Below, piece by piece: positions 1 through 9,983 of a stretch of DNA of 64,000 bases (within the stretch, counting starts at the first letter, position 1; every line of letters starts with the position of its first letter). Position numbers and translations under genes: made by a program. A model generated the notes under the pieces. It did no database searches and was not told the origin of the DNA. It saw nothing but the letters and a program-made list of their open reading frames with translations. The stretch lies in IMG/VR virus record IMGVR_UViG_3300023179_000009, positions 62,001 to 126,000 of that record. One strand, 5' to 3'.

Positions 1-2
1 AT

Positions 3-575
3 TATAATGGTTTCCCAAAATCAACATGTATTTCAATAAATGAAACAATTTGTCATGGCATACCTAAAGAAAGTGATATTTTAAAAGAAGGAGATATAGT
101 AAAAATAGACATAGCCGTGATTCTTGATAATTATTTTGGAGATGTTTGCGGCACATTTAAAATTGGAGAAGTTTCGGAAGAGTGTCGCAATCTAGTAGAC
201 GTTACTAAAAATTGTTTAGAAATAGGAATATCACAAGTTAGACCAAATAATGAATTTGGAATGATAGGAAGAGAAATATCAAAATATGCAAAAAATTTAG
301 GATATGGAGTAGTTTATCAATTTGTTGGTCATGGCGTTGGCTTAAAATTTCACGAAGAGCCTATGGTTTGCCATGACGATCAAAAGTATGATCAAACCAA
401 AATGAAGCCCGGAATGATTTTCACCATAGAGCCTATGATTTGCTTGGGAGACCCAAGGGCAGTCATAAGCGAAGAAGATAAGTGGACAGCCAAAACAATA
501 GATGGAAAACTGTCTGCACAATTTGAACATACAGTTCTTGTGACAGATGCTGGTGTTGAGATTTTGACAAGGTAA
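3..575 (+). CDS. map: Methionine aminopeptidase type I (5'-truncated by window)
   Basis: Frame open from nt 3: YNGFPKSTCISINETICHGIP...DIVKIDI...GHGVG..FHEEP...FTIEPM...SAQFEHT metal-binding motifs. Confidence 0.95.
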   Translation, partial: YNGFPKSTCISINETICHGIPKESDILKEGDIVKIDIAVILDNYFGDVCGTFKIGEVSEECRNLVDVTKNCLEIGISQVRPNNEFGMIGREISKYAKNLGYGVVYQFVGHGVGLKFHEEPMVCHDDQKYDQTKMKPGMIFTIEPMICLGDPRAVISEEDKWTAKTIDGKLSAQFEHTVLVTDAGVEILTR

Positions 576-579
576 ACAA

Positions 580-1152
580 ATGATTTTGCTAATGTTTTCT
601 GGTGGGCTTGACTCCACTGGTGTTTTTTGGAAATTAATTCAAGAAAAGGAAAAACTACACGTTCATCATCTCTACCTGTCCAATAAAGAAAATAGAGCAG
701 AAGCTGAGGCGGTTGCTGTAAAAAATATTTTAGAATACATGAAAAAAATAAGAGAGTTCTCATATACCGAAAGTTATCACGAGTATCCCTCTTACAATGG
801 CAACTTTATGTGGGATAGCGATATTTATAATTTTGTTGCTGGTACAATATGCCTCTCTGCAAAAAATATAAAAGAAGTGGCTGTGGGGAGGACAAAATCC
901 GATAGTGGTTTTGAGAGAAGGGCCGAAAGAGGTAACAAAATACTAAATATTTTAGCACCAAATGTCAAAAAAATATATCCGGTCGGAGAGATGACCAAAA
1001 AAGAAATTTATGAAATGTTACCAGAGGATCTAAGACTTTTAACTTGGAGTTGTAGAAAGCCAATTTATAAAAATGACAATATTGAAATGTGCAAAAAATG
1101 CAAAACTTGTTTTGAAATTTTGAACATGAATAAAGGAAAAAATGGAATATAA
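580..1152 (+). CDS. QueC-like PP-loop ATPase
   Basis: N-terminal FSGGLDST PP-loop; C-terminal C-x13-CKKCKTC zinc cluster. Confidence 0.7.
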   Translation: MILLMFSGGLDSTGVFWKLIQEKEKLHVHHLYLSNKENRAEAEAVAVKNILEYMKKIREFSYTESYHEYPSYNGNFMWDSDIYNFVAGTICLSAKNIKEVAVGRTKSDSGFERRAERGNKILNILAPNVKKIYPVGEMTKKEIYEMLPEDLRLLTWSCRKPIYKNDNIEMCKKCKTCFEILNMNKGKNGI

Positions 1153-1843
1153 AGAAATATTCAGACATAGGGGTGAGTCTTATGATCTAGCAATGAAAAA
1201 ATATCCTGATGCTAGAAAAAAAGAATTTGAACAACTATTTTACAAAATTCCTCTAAAAAAAAATGAAACAATATTAGACGTTCCTGCTTTGGGTGGTTAT
1301 TTAAAAAAATATTGTTTACCTGATACGAATGTACTTTTTTTAGATTTTTCTCAATCAATAAATGGCGTAGATGTTGTTTCCCCATATGAAAAATGGGACA
1401 TAGAGCCAGTTGACAGATTGGTGTGTTTAGCTGCTATGCATCATATTGAAAATTTAAATTCTTTTTTACATAACTTGTCTTTACATGTTAAGAAAAATGG
1501 ATTTATTCATATTGCTGATGTTTCTGTGGATAGCAAAATATCAAAATTTTTAGATGATTTTGTTGGACCAAACACCTCAACAGGCGAACACAAGGGTCAT
1601 TATTACGATTGGAAAAAAATAGATTTTCCTAAAAGTTTAAAAGTTATTGATATAGAAGAGCGACATTGTCCTTGGGTCTTTCAATCCGAGTCTGAGATGG
1701 TCGAATATTGCAAATTGTTATTTGATTTAAAATCCGTGAGTCACAGTGAGGTTCTATCTGCTTTAAGCCAATATGTTGGAATTGAAAATAATAACAATAT
1801 TCAAATAAAATGGCATTTGACTTATGTTGATCTAATTAATTAA
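1142..1843 (+). CDS. Class I SAM-dependent methyltransferase
   Basis: ILDVPALGGYL motif I; AAMHHI; LKKNGFIHIAD. Confidence 0.75.
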   Translation: MEYKEIFRHRGESYDLAMKKYPDARKKEFEQLFYKIPLKKNETILDVPALGGYLKKYCLPDTNVLFLDFSQSINGVDVVSPYEKWDIEPVDRLVCLAAMHHIENLNSFLHNLSLHVKKNGFIHIADVSVDSKISKFLDDFVGPNTSTGEHKGHYYDWKKIDFPKSLKVIDIEERHCPWVFQSESEMVEYCKLLFDLKSVSHSEVLSALSQYVGIENNNNIQIKWHLTYVDLIN

Positions 1844-1895
1844 AAATGTTTAACAACAATACATAAATTTAAACATTTTTAATTAAGGAGAATTT

Positions 1896-3413
1896 ATGGG
1901 CTTATATATTGTAGCCAATGTAGACGGTCATGTTATTAGTTCTACAAACGGAACAAACTGGACTGCTCCATTTGATACGGGAATTGAAATTAGAAAAGTT
2001 GCTATAGGCCCAAATAAAATAGTATACGCCGCAGCTAGCGGTGAAGTTGAAGGAGGACCATATAGCCTATATCACACATCTGCTTGGAATCAAACTCCAA
2101 TTTTAGCACAAGAAACTAATCAATACTCCTATAATGAGGTTCATTATTTAGGCGATAAATTTGTTGCAGTGGGGCATCAAATTGGCTCGCCAAAATTTCC
2201 GGCATTTGCCTATAGCAATAACGGTGTTAACTGGACAATAGGACAAGTAGATCCGAGTTATATTATGGTTGGTGGTGGAGAAGGTGACAATATTGAATTT
2301 ACAGATGTAGGCTATAATGGAACGGGTTATTTTATTACATCAAGAGTTTCTGGAGCGGGTTTGGCTGGTGGTTTTTATGTAACCGATCTGTCCCAAGAAT
2401 TAAATGAAACAAATTGGGTGAATCCATCAAATTTTCCAGTGGATGCTAAGCAGTTGGTTTATGCCGAGACTCCCGAAGGCGGAGAAAGCGAATTTAACGG
2501 CTGGTCGGCATTCAGTGATGATGGGAAAACATGGTTTATCACAGCAAACAATGACCCTTCGCAACCTTGGGATTTTTTGGGCAGCGGCGGCGAAGGATGG
2601 GATTTAACACAAGTATTTTTCGACCAAACTGGATTAAACGATCTAAATATAGCAGAGGCAACTATAGGTATTTTAGAAGGTTATGTAACATGGATGGTGA
2701 GTACTACTAATGGACAAATAATATGGTGGCCGCATGTTCCTGCTGGTCCCTTTGTTAGCATACCAAACCCTTACACTGCCGTTGTTAATTCTGTGGGCAA
2801 CTTAAACCCTCTAGAAATTAATCTATCGGGCAACTATTTTCCTTTAAACAATGAAAGAATAAAAATAGAAGGATCAACTGGTCTTGATATAAATGGAACT
2901 TATTTTGTCGAAAGTTTAGGATCAGGCAATTATAGACTGTATTCGGACTCGGCTTTAGGAAATCCAGTAGACGCCAGTTCTTTAACTGGGACATATGATG
3001 CCGGAAGTGCTGATGCTAAGTTGAGTAGAGGAACCTATATAGATGCTCTTGGATATGGGGATGGCAAGTTCTTCGCAGGTAATGATGATGAAGAAGTTTT
3101 TGTTTGTTCTTCTTTAAACATGCAAGACTTAATCTGGACAAAAGTAGATGACAAGAATAACAGTTTCGAGTTTTGGAATGATGTTGATTATGGAGATTTT
3201 GAAGGCAACACGAATGTGGCCCCCATTACGAGTAATAGTTGTGTTCGCAAACTTTTTTGCAATAAAGGACTTGATGCTAATGGGAATAAAATTTTTACAT
3301 GTGCAACATGGCGTAGATTTCGTGTTAACTGTCCAAAAGTTAATTTTCAATGCAGTTCTTTGTCAGAAGCTTGGGTTGCAGCAGTAACAGTCTGTCGCCA
3401 AAGACTTTTTTAG
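1896..3413 (+). CDS. Gly/Asn-rich beta-repeat protein, probable virion/adsorption protein
   Basis: 505 aa, SD AAGGAG; STNGTNW / SNNGVNW repeat-like motifs; Cys-rich C-terminus. Confidence 0.45.
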   Translation: MGLYIVANVDGHVISSTNGTNWTAPFDTGIEIRKVAIGPNKIVYAAASGEVEGGPYSLYHTSAWNQTPILAQETNQYSYNEVHYLGDKFVAVGHQIGSPKFPAFAYSNNGVNWTIGQVDPSYIMVGGGEGDNIEFTDVGYNGTGYFITSRVSGAGLAGGFYVTDLSQELNETNWVNPSNFPVDAKQLVYAETPEGGESEFNGWSAFSDDGKTWFITANNDPSQPWDFLGSGGEGWDLTQVFFDQTGLNDLNIAEATIGILEGYVTWMVSTTNGQIIWWPHVPAGPFVSIPNPYTAVVNSVGNLNPLEINLSGNYFPLNNERIKIEGSTGLDINGTYFVESLGSGNYRLYSDSALGNPVDASSLTGTYDAGSADAKLSRGTYIDALGYGDGKFFAGNDDEEVFVCSSLNMQDLIWTKVDDKNNSFEFWNDVDYGDFEGNTNVAPITSNSCVRKLFCNKGLDANGNKIFTCATWRRFRVNCPKVNFQCSSLSEAWVAAVTVCRQRLF

Positions 3414-3425
3414 ATAGGACGAAAT

Positions 3426-3803
3426 ATGTATTACAACCCAAATGTTCCATCTACTTGGTATCAATATGATTTTCCCTTAAAGGAGATACCAAATTCTCCC
3501 AAGCCCTCTGTGGCTGATTACAAGCCATCGAATGTTGCTTGGATGATAGAAATGTTTGCTTCAATATTTCAAAAAAACCCCGATGAATTAGTTTTTTTAT
3601 ATGAAAACAACACACCAAATGACAAAAGTGACGATATAGAGGTTCGACACCCTATGGATCGTCTTTATCTCGAAGATCGAAGAAAATTAAAAAAGAGTGA
3701 TGAACTTTCCATTTATGAGGAATATGCAAAAAAATCAAAAACTTTAAGATTGTTTGAAGAAAATTCGCCAGCGGGAATAAAATATTTTCAAGAGATCCGA
3801 TGA
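3426..3803 (+). CDS. Hypothetical protein
   Basis: 125-aa ORF abutting the previous gene. Confidence 0.6.
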   Translation: MYYNPNVPSTWYQYDFPLKEIPNSPKPSVADYKPSNVAWMIEMFASIFQKNPDELVFLYENNTPNDKSDDIEVRHPMDRLYLEDRRKLKKSDELSIYEEYAKKSKTLRLFEENSPAGIKYFQEIR

Positions 3804-4358
3804 CTAAAAACCATCGGTATTCCAATTTGTATAATTAAACTCATAAACTTTTTTAACAAAAAAGGGCAATCTTGGATTGTTAGTGTTGAATCTTTCTCTC
3901 CAATTAGGCCCAAATCTATTCTCCATTCTCTCTGACCATAGTTTTTGTTTTTCTTCAAAATTTAATTCAATGTACGTGTTCCTGTCGGGTAAGTCGCCCG
4001 ATATTCCGTAAAGAATTAAAGTTTCTTCCCCAATAACTCCTTTTTCATATAACTTGTTGAGTTTTAGAGCTAATTGGGTTTCTCTTTGTATTCTTCTTGC
4101 GGTTTGTTGTTCTTCACGTATTCTTCTAGTTTTATTTTGAGACCATGTTTGAAATTGTTTAAAAACTATTTTTGCATCATCAATTAATTCATTTTCATTT
4201 ATTCTTCCCAAAATTGCTTCACAAATTGGTTTATTTTCTAAATTTTCTATCTTTGATATCCAATAATCTGCTTCTTCTTTTGGAATAGAAGGATATCTGC
4301 TTAACATTGTTAGGATAGTGGTGTCGTTTGTTGATATCAAAATCCCTCCAAATCCCAA
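3804..4358 (-). CDS. Hypothetical protein (start uncertain)
   Basis: 184-aa ORF filling the gap without conflict. Confidence 0.6.
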   Translation of the reverse strand: MGFGGILISTNDTTILTMLSRYPSIPKEEADYWISKIENLENKPICEAILGRINENELIDDAKIVFKQFQTWSQNKTRRIREEQQTARRIQRETQLALKLNKLYEKGVIGEETLILYGISGDLPDRNTYIELNFEEKQKLWSERMENRFGPNWRERFNTNNPRLPFFVKKVYEFNYTNWNTDGF

Positions 4359-4705
4359 TTTTCTTCGTTTTTTTTATTTAAAATTTCTAAAGTACCAAAA
4401 TTATAAGACACACATAAAAAGTGATTTTTAGGTATTTTATCCCAAAAAAAAGTTATTAAACCTTCACTTAAATTTACATATCCTCTTAAAATATTTGGTG
4501 ATTTTTTATTAATTTTACACACACTAAAGATTTCTGATTCATTCATAAAAGTATGTGTCATCCTGCCATCTATATAAATACAACCGGTTATGTTATTTAT
4601 TGGTAAATTATCGGGTGGTTCGTAGATTATTTTATAATAATTCGATGATTTTATTGTAAAGTGTTCATGTATAAATTCATTTATTGTCGTGTACATGGGA
4701 ACCAT
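4337..4705 (-). CDS. Hypothetical protein
   Basis: 122-aa ORF. Confidence 0.55.
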   Translation of the reverse strand: MVPMYTTINEFIHEHFTIKSSNYYKIIYEPPDNLPINNITGCIYIDGRMTHTFMNESEIFSVCKINKKSPNILRGYVNLSEGLITFFWDKIPKNHFLCVSYNFGTLEILNKKNEENWDLEGF

Positions 4706-4749
4706 GATAGCAGCCAGTGCTTGTTACTGCAAATTATATAAGGTAAAAA

Positions 4750-5676
4750 ATGAGTAATAGAGAAGAAATAGTTGCCTTGAACAAAATTGCTATTATTCAA
4801 GAATTAATAGAAAAAACAAAAAATTGTGTAGTAATATGGAAACAAAAACAAATAAAACAATATGATTCTAATTTTAATGGCTATAAGTTTATTATAACTC
4901 AACCTAACCCCAACTCAGTGGTTTTGGATGTTCTTAAAAATAATAATCTTTATAAAAGTTATAATTCTTTATCTTTACAAAACTTAAAAGAACTATTCAA
5001 CACAATTGAAATAATTTCTATTGGTGCCGACTTAGAAAAGTACAAAAAGATAAATGAATTTTTATATAAAAAAGGATCTTGTAGACAAGAACAAATTGGT
5101 AGTTTAGTTAACATCTATGATAATTTTGTTTTTGGGTTTGGAGCAGAGGTGGGTGGTTCGGCTCCTGTTGAAAAATTTAGAAATGAAGAAATATTTTTAT
5201 TACCAAATAATATTACTTTTGATCCAAATTTAACATTCTTGTGGTCTGGTAACCACACAGATATTGACGATGAACCTGATGTGGAGTTGCATGACGGAGA
5301 TTTAACTTTTATAAGACAACAAATCTCTGGTGTTTCCCCAAGATTGTGGGGATATGCAAATATTAAATTCGATACTATTAGCTTACCAATTTTACCTCCT
5401 TATGGAGCATTTATAAGAATTGTGAGCAGGCGAGAAGAAGAATCTAATGTTTTTTTAAACGTGGAAGTGGTTTCAAACAACACAGTTTTTTTTAATACGC
5501 AAGTGGAACAATTTAATTATTATTCTTTCTGGTCGCAATATGTTTCTTTGGGCAACACAAGCATAAATGATCTAACAGTTAGGCTGAGCATGTTTACTAA
5601 TTCAAGCAATTTACTTCCAAGAGCAATCAGAATCACAGCGGTTGATTTGCGTTTGTTTGGAAAATCAATAGCCTAA
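4750..5676 (+). CDS. Hypothetical protein; N-terminal domain shared with 20961 and 37582 ORFs
   Basis: 308 aa; ELIEKTK...W...VVLDVLKNN.LY...LKELF motif. Confidence 0.7.
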   Translation: MSNREEIVALNKIAIIQELIEKTKNCVVIWKQKQIKQYDSNFNGYKFIITQPNPNSVVLDVLKNNNLYKSYNSLSLQNLKELFNTIEIISIGADLEKYKKINEFLYKKGSCRQEQIGSLVNIYDNFVFGFGAEVGGSAPVEKFRNEEIFLLPNNITFDPNLTFLWSGNHTDIDDEPDVELHDGDLTFIRQQISGVSPRLWGYANIKFDTISLPILPPYGAFIRIVSRREEESNVFLNVEVVSNNTVFFNTQVEQFNYYSFWSQYVSLGNTSINDLTVRLSMFTNSSNLLPRAIRITAVDLRLFGKSIA

Positions 5677-5719
5677 AAAATCAGGCCCTGGCTGAGCGAT
5701 GCAGCCAGGGCCTGATTTT
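5677..5719. terminator. Bidirectional intrinsic terminator
   Basis: 18-bp inverted repeat AAAATCAGGCCCTGGCTG/CAGCCAGGGCCTGATTTT between convergent genes. Confidence 0.9.
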
Positions 5720-5739
5720 AAAAAACAACAAATTTTTGA

Positions 5740-6096
5740 CTAACGATATCTGCGGCAACAATACCATCTACCGCTGTCGTCTTGAGCGTAACCTACGTCC
5801 ACAGTAGTCAACCCACTGTTCGCATAACAGCAGTTGTTGTAAGCCGACTGTTGTGTTGGGCCGCTTCCACAACCCTCGTATCTGGCTGTGTTGCCTCCAA
5901 AATGACCAACCCTTCGGGTTCTAGCCATAATGTTAGCAACTCCTTGTGCGGTGGAGTTTTCTCCATAGCCTACATTATTTGATGTGTAGGAATATGTTTT
6001 GTTTGGAGTTTGATAAACGCCTCTACTTCTCGGCCAAGCAAAAGCATTTGAAGCCAATGCGAAAAAACAAAAGCAAACAAGAAAAATCCTTTTCAT
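5740..6096 (-). CDS. Secreted Cys-containing small protein
   Basis: Signal peptide MKRIFLVCFCFFALASNAFA; GHFGG..YEGCG..NCC..WYCCRRY. Confidence 0.7.
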   Translation of the reverse strand: MKRIFLVCFCFFALASNAFAWPRSRGVYQTPNKTYSYTSNNVGYGENSTAQGVANIMARTRRVGHFGGNTARYEGCGSGPTQQSAYNNCCYANSGLTTVDVGYAQDDSGRWYCCRRYR

Positions 6097-6138
6097 CTTA
6101 AATCTCCTTTTGGGGTCTTTGAATCACGAACCTCTTTA

Positions 6139-6166
6139 ATTTTACAACACAAAAATCAAGAGTAAA
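6139..6166 (-). promoter_or_regulatory. sigma70-type promoter TTTACT-N16-TAAAAT
   Basis: Read on minus strand upstream of 6096 start. Confidence 0.55.
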
Positions 6167-6215
6167 GATTAAAAATTTAATTGTTTATAGTTTCTAAATT
6201 TTCTAAATTAACAAA

Positions 6216-6248
6216 AAAAAGCGTGAACTATTAAAGTTCACGCTTTTT
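6216..6248 (-). terminator. Intrinsic terminator
   Basis: 14-bp inverted repeat AAAAAGCGTGAACT/AGTTCACGCTTTTT with T tract on minus strand. Confidence 0.85.
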
Positions 6249-6287
6249 ACTTGCCAGATTCCGGAGAACTGGGTTGGGTCTATTTGA

Positions 6288-6506
6288 TCAATTGAAAAAC
6301 AATTGAGTCTCGGCCTCGGCTTCAAGCCAAAATTTTTGACTTTCTTCCTCGCTTACTGGAGTTCCCCCAGTTGCTGCTAACCATTTAAAATAAGCAAGTT
6401 CACGAACATCATTGTCTTGTTCAACCTGTGTATTTTGGCACCCGGTTGTGCCTCCACAACATTTGGTTTCAATTGTTTCATTGTTGTTTTTTGAAAAAAA
6501 CCCCAT
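6288..6506 (-). CDS. DUF2934-like small protein
   Basis: VRELAYFKW...FWLEAEAE resembles the IxxRAYxxW...WLxAExE pattern. Confidence 0.6.
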   Translation of the reverse strand: MGFFSKNNNETIETKCCGGTTGCQNTQVEQDNDVRELAYFKWLAATGGTPVSEEESQKFWLEAEAETQLFFN

Positions 6507-6547
6507 AAATCTAACTCCTTTAATTATGAAAACACAAAACTACTATC

Positions 6548-6575
6548 ATTATAATATTTTGATAAAAGTTGTCAA
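6548..6575 (-). promoter_or_regulatory. sigma70-type promoter TTGACA-N16-TATAAT
   Basis: Perfect -35 and -10 hexamers on minus strand. Confidence 0.75.
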
Positions 6576-6603
6576 TATCTAAAAAAAAAACTAAAATACG
6601 GTT

Positions 6604-8046
6604 ATGGAAGAAACAGTTTTAAAAATAAGCAATGTCAACAGTCAGCTTCTAACTTCTGATTCAAAACTAAAGAAATTTTTAGTTGAAAAATTAAGGTTTA
6701 GACCAAAAAATTATTGGCACAGCTCTGCCTATAAAAGAAAAATTTGGGACGGTTATAAGTATTTTTTCAATCCCAAAAATGGATTGTTTCTCACAGGCAT
6801 TCTTCCTGAAGTTCAACTTGTTCTAAATAAATTAAAAAAGAATTATTCCATAGTTGATAATAGGGACAAAATAAATTGGTTGTACGAAAAAATAGATCAA
6901 GATTTTTTAAAAAAATGTCTACCTGCTGGGATGAAGTCTTTTGATCTTCATGACTATCAACCAGATTATGTGAATCAGTGCATGAAATATGGTAGGGGGA
7001 TCATACAATCGCCAACAAGCAGCGGAAAAACTTTTATACTTATTAGTCTTTTAAAATGTTTGCCTCCAAAAACTCCAACACTTTTTCTCACCAAAAATGC
7101 ACAACTTGTTCATCAAAATTACGAAGAGATGAAATTGTGGGGGATAGAAAATTTAGGAAGATGGTACGAAAAATATAAAGAACCAAATTATGTAATGTGT
7201 GTCACCAATCACAAAAACACATTTGGTTCTTTAGAAAAATTATTACCTAAGTTTAAGGTTTTAATTGTAGACGAAGTTCATGATTGCATGAGTGATGTCC
7301 CAACAAGTGCATACAAAAAAATGCATAGTGCTTGTGTTCGAATTGGCATATCAGCAACAGCATTTAAATGGGATAAGAAAAAAATAGATAATGTTCACAA
7401 GTGGCAAATCAAAGGTAATTTTGGACCAATTTTAAAAACAACAACGACATCGACAGGAGTCTTAAATACTAAAGAGTTACAAAATCGAGGAATATTAGCA
7501 AAAAGTAATTGCTATTTTTATCCCGTAAAGAGTCCAAATTTAGATCACGAACCATATCAGGATGCTGTTAAATTAGGAATTGAGCAAAATTTTCACTTCC
7601 ATAAAATGGTCAAGAAATTAGTGGATGGTTGCGAAGGCAGGACTCTAATAGTTGTGGAGAGAATCGAACAAGGGCAATATTTGAATCAAATAATACCTAA
7701 TTCAAACTTCATTCAAGGTAAAAACAAATTAAAAGAAAGAGAACCCATTATAAATTCTTTGAAAAAGGGGGAAAAATCGATTGTGATTGTTATGAGACAA
7801 ATAATAACTGCTGGGATTAATGTTAAAATTCATGATTTAATAAATGCTGCTGGCGGTGAGGGCGCTCATAATGTAATACAATTGATGGGTCGTGGATTGA
7901 GAACAGCAGATGATAAGGATTTTCTAACTTATCATGATTTTAATTTTGTGATAAATGATTATCTTAGAAAGCACTCGGAGTGGCGAATAGAAGTTTTGAA
8001 AAAAGAAGGACACAACGTGTCTGTCTTAGAAGATTTTGATTTGTAA
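6604..8046 (+). CDS. uvsW: UvsW-like SF2 DNA helicase
   Basis: QSPTSSGKT, IVDEVH, GISAT, ITAGINV, QLMGRGLR. Confidence 0.85.
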   Translation: MEETVLKISNVNSQLLTSDSKLKKFLVEKLRFRPKNYWHSSAYKRKIWDGYKYFFNPKNGLFLTGILPEVQLVLNKLKKNYSIVDNRDKINWLYEKIDQDFLKKCLPAGMKSFDLHDYQPDYVNQCMKYGRGIIQSPTSSGKTFILISLLKCLPPKTPTLFLTKNAQLVHQNYEEMKLWGIENLGRWYEKYKEPNYVMCVTNHKNTFGSLEKLLPKFKVLIVDEVHDCMSDVPTSAYKKMHSACVRIGISATAFKWDKKKIDNVHKWQIKGNFGPILKTTTTSTGVLNTKELQNRGILAKSNCYFYPVKSPNLDHEPYQDAVKLGIEQNFHFHKMVKKLVDGCEGRTLIVVERIEQGQYLNQIIPNSNFIQGKNKLKEREPIINSLKKGEKSIVIVMRQIITAGINVKIHDLINAAGGEGAHNVIQLMGRGLRTADDKDFLTYHDFNFVINDYLRKHSEWRIEVLKKEGHNVSVLEDFDL

Positions 8047-9162
8047 TCAAAAATTATTTATTGTATTCTTAATGTGTTCCAAATCTTCTGTTGATAGCCA
8101 CCAACCACAAGGTATACAGCACATGTTTTTTGAAACATAATTTGTATTTTTCAATTTGCTTTTATATTTTTTTAAAAATTTATATTTATCATTCCTAGTA
8201 TGAACTACACTAGATTGTATGCCTTTTAATTTTAAAGCTTCTATAAATTCATCTCTATTTTTAACAAATATTGTCATTATCCAACTAGAAGAAAAACAAT
8301 GTTTGTTTTCTTTAACAACTTTTATTTTTTCATTTTTTAAATTTTTAATTAACCAATTATAATTTTGATTATTTTTTTTAACTATTGAAGAAAGATGTCG
8401 AAAATTTGCAATCCCTATAGTTGCTGCGATATCGTTCATGTGAAATTTAAAACCCCAATCTTTTATCTCCGTTTTCGGTTTGAACTCCCCTGTTCTTTCC
8501 CTCCCGTACCATCTCAATAATCTTGATTGCTCATAAAATTTATTCGACGGAGAGATTAAAACGCCGCCATCCCCACAGGTTATATGTTTTACCGATTGAA
8601 AACTAAAGACACAAAAATTTTCACTATTACCCAAGGGCTTTTGTTTGTAAAAAGACCCCAAGGCGTGAGCACAATCCTCAATTACAAAAAGTTCTTTACC
8701 AAATTTTTTTTTGGTGTATTGTTTTAAACGATTAATTTTTTCTAAATTGCAGGGATTTCCCGCCCAATGCACAACTATAAGTGCCAATGTTTTTGAACTT
8801 ATCTTTCTTTTTACATCATCAAGATCAATATTACAGGTTTTTCTCTCAACATCTGCCCATTTTATTTTTAAATTATTCGCTAATATTGGGAAATTAGTTG
8901 CAACACAAGTCATAGGAGTTGTTATTACTTCATTTCTAGTTTTATCATGATTTTTTATCATGTGTAAAGCAAGATGAATTCCTGAAGTTGCAGAATTTAA
9001 AGTGACTAATTTTTTGGTGCCAAAATAATCCGACAAGATACCTTCAAACTCCTCTACTTTTTTGCCTTGTCCTATAAAGCCCGAGTGTAATGTTTCAGCC
9101 AATTGACAAGCAACATTGTTGTCCATGAAAACTTTAAATAAAGGAATTTTATATTTTTGCAT
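8047..9162 (-). CDS. DegT/DnrJ/EryC1/StrS PLP aminotransferase
   Basis: NSATSGIHLAL, IEDCAHALG, FSFQSVKHITCGDGG; ATG overlaps upstream stop (TAATG). Confidence 0.9.
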   Translation of the reverse strand: MQKYKIPLFKVFMDNNVACQLAETLHSGFIGQGKKVEEFEGILSDYFGTKKLVTLNSATSGIHLALHMIKNHDKTRNEVITTPMTCVATNFPILANNLKIKWADVERKTCNIDLDDVKRKISSKTLALIVVHWAGNPCNLEKINRLKQYTKKKFGKELFVIEDCAHALGSFYKQKPLGNSENFCVFSFQSVKHITCGDGGVLISPSNKFYEQSRLLRWYGRERTGEFKPKTEIKDWGFKFHMNDIAATIGIANFRHLSSIVKKNNQNYNWLIKNLKNEKIKVVKENKHCFSSSWIMTIFVKNRDEFIEALKLKGIQSSVVHTRNDKYKFLKKYKSKLKNTNYVSKNMCCIPCGWWLSTEDLEHIKNTINNF

Positions 9163-9983
9163 TAGATAGCCAACGTAAGACACTTACAAGCACCACCTGA
9201 TTTGAGAAACTCTGTCATCGGGATTTCAATCACGGTGTATCCTAATTTAGAAAGTTTTTCACAAGTTTTTGGGCAGTTACTCGGGATTATTATTGTTTTA
9301 AAAACTTGAACAGCGTTACAGGCAAAATGTATTGCTTCTTCTTCGGGTACAATTATCTCATTTCCTTTTATTTTGCGTATTTTACCAATACTTTCTTTTT
9401 CAAAAGCCTTGGGAAATATCAAATAATCCATATTTTCCAAAGGACAAAAGCAGGTGTCCAGATGATAAAAGCGAGGGTCTATTAAGCGTACTATTTTGAT
9501 TTCTTTTTTTAAGTATTTTTTAATTTCTTGATAAACACGAATGTCCGTTCTGAAGCCGTGTCCACCAACTAGATGTTCTCCTAAAAATAAACAATCACCA
9601 GCACCTTCAAAATCATATTTTGTAAAAACAACCTTGTCTCCCCTATTTTCAAAATAATCAGCAAAGTGTTGGGTTTCTCCTTGTCTTTCTTTGTGTTTAA
9701 ATTTAGAAACCATAAGTGTCTTGGTGTCTTTTAAATACAAACCGGCGTTTGCTGTGAACACCATGTCCGGTAAATTTTTTTGTGGTAAAATTTTATTTAA
9801 TTTTGCCCCCGATTCTTTCAGGCTCTTACATAATAAGCCCCACTGTTTTAAAAATATTTTTTTGGATGTTTTAGAATTTTTACTCATCCAAGGATTGATT
9901 TCATAATCAATACCAAAATAAGTTGGTCTACAAACTAAAATGTTTTTAAAATCTTTTTTGTTTTCACAAAATATATTTTGCAT
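9162..9983 (-). CDS. Amidinotransferase / dimethylargininase family protein
   Basis: LPDMVFTAN, FEGAGD, FYHLDTCF, EFLKSGGACKCLTL. Confidence 0.9.
   Translation of the reverse strand: MQNIFCENKKDFKNILVCRPTYFGIDYEINPWMSKNSKTSKKIFLKQWGLLCKSLKESGAKLNKILPQKNLPDMVFTANAGLYLKDTKTLMVSKFKHKERQGETQHFADYFENRGDKVVFTKYDFEGAGDCLFLGEHLVGGHGFRTDIRVYQEIKKYLKKEIKIVRLIDPRFYHLDTCFCPLENMDYLIFPKAFEKESIGKIRKIKGNEIIVPEEEAIHFACNAVQVFKTIIIPSNCPKTCEKLSKLGYTVIEIPMTEFLKSGGACKCLTLAI

Noticed and set aside
580-1152. Calling a 7-deazaguanine DNA modification cluster
   Set aside because: Only the QueC-like gene is present
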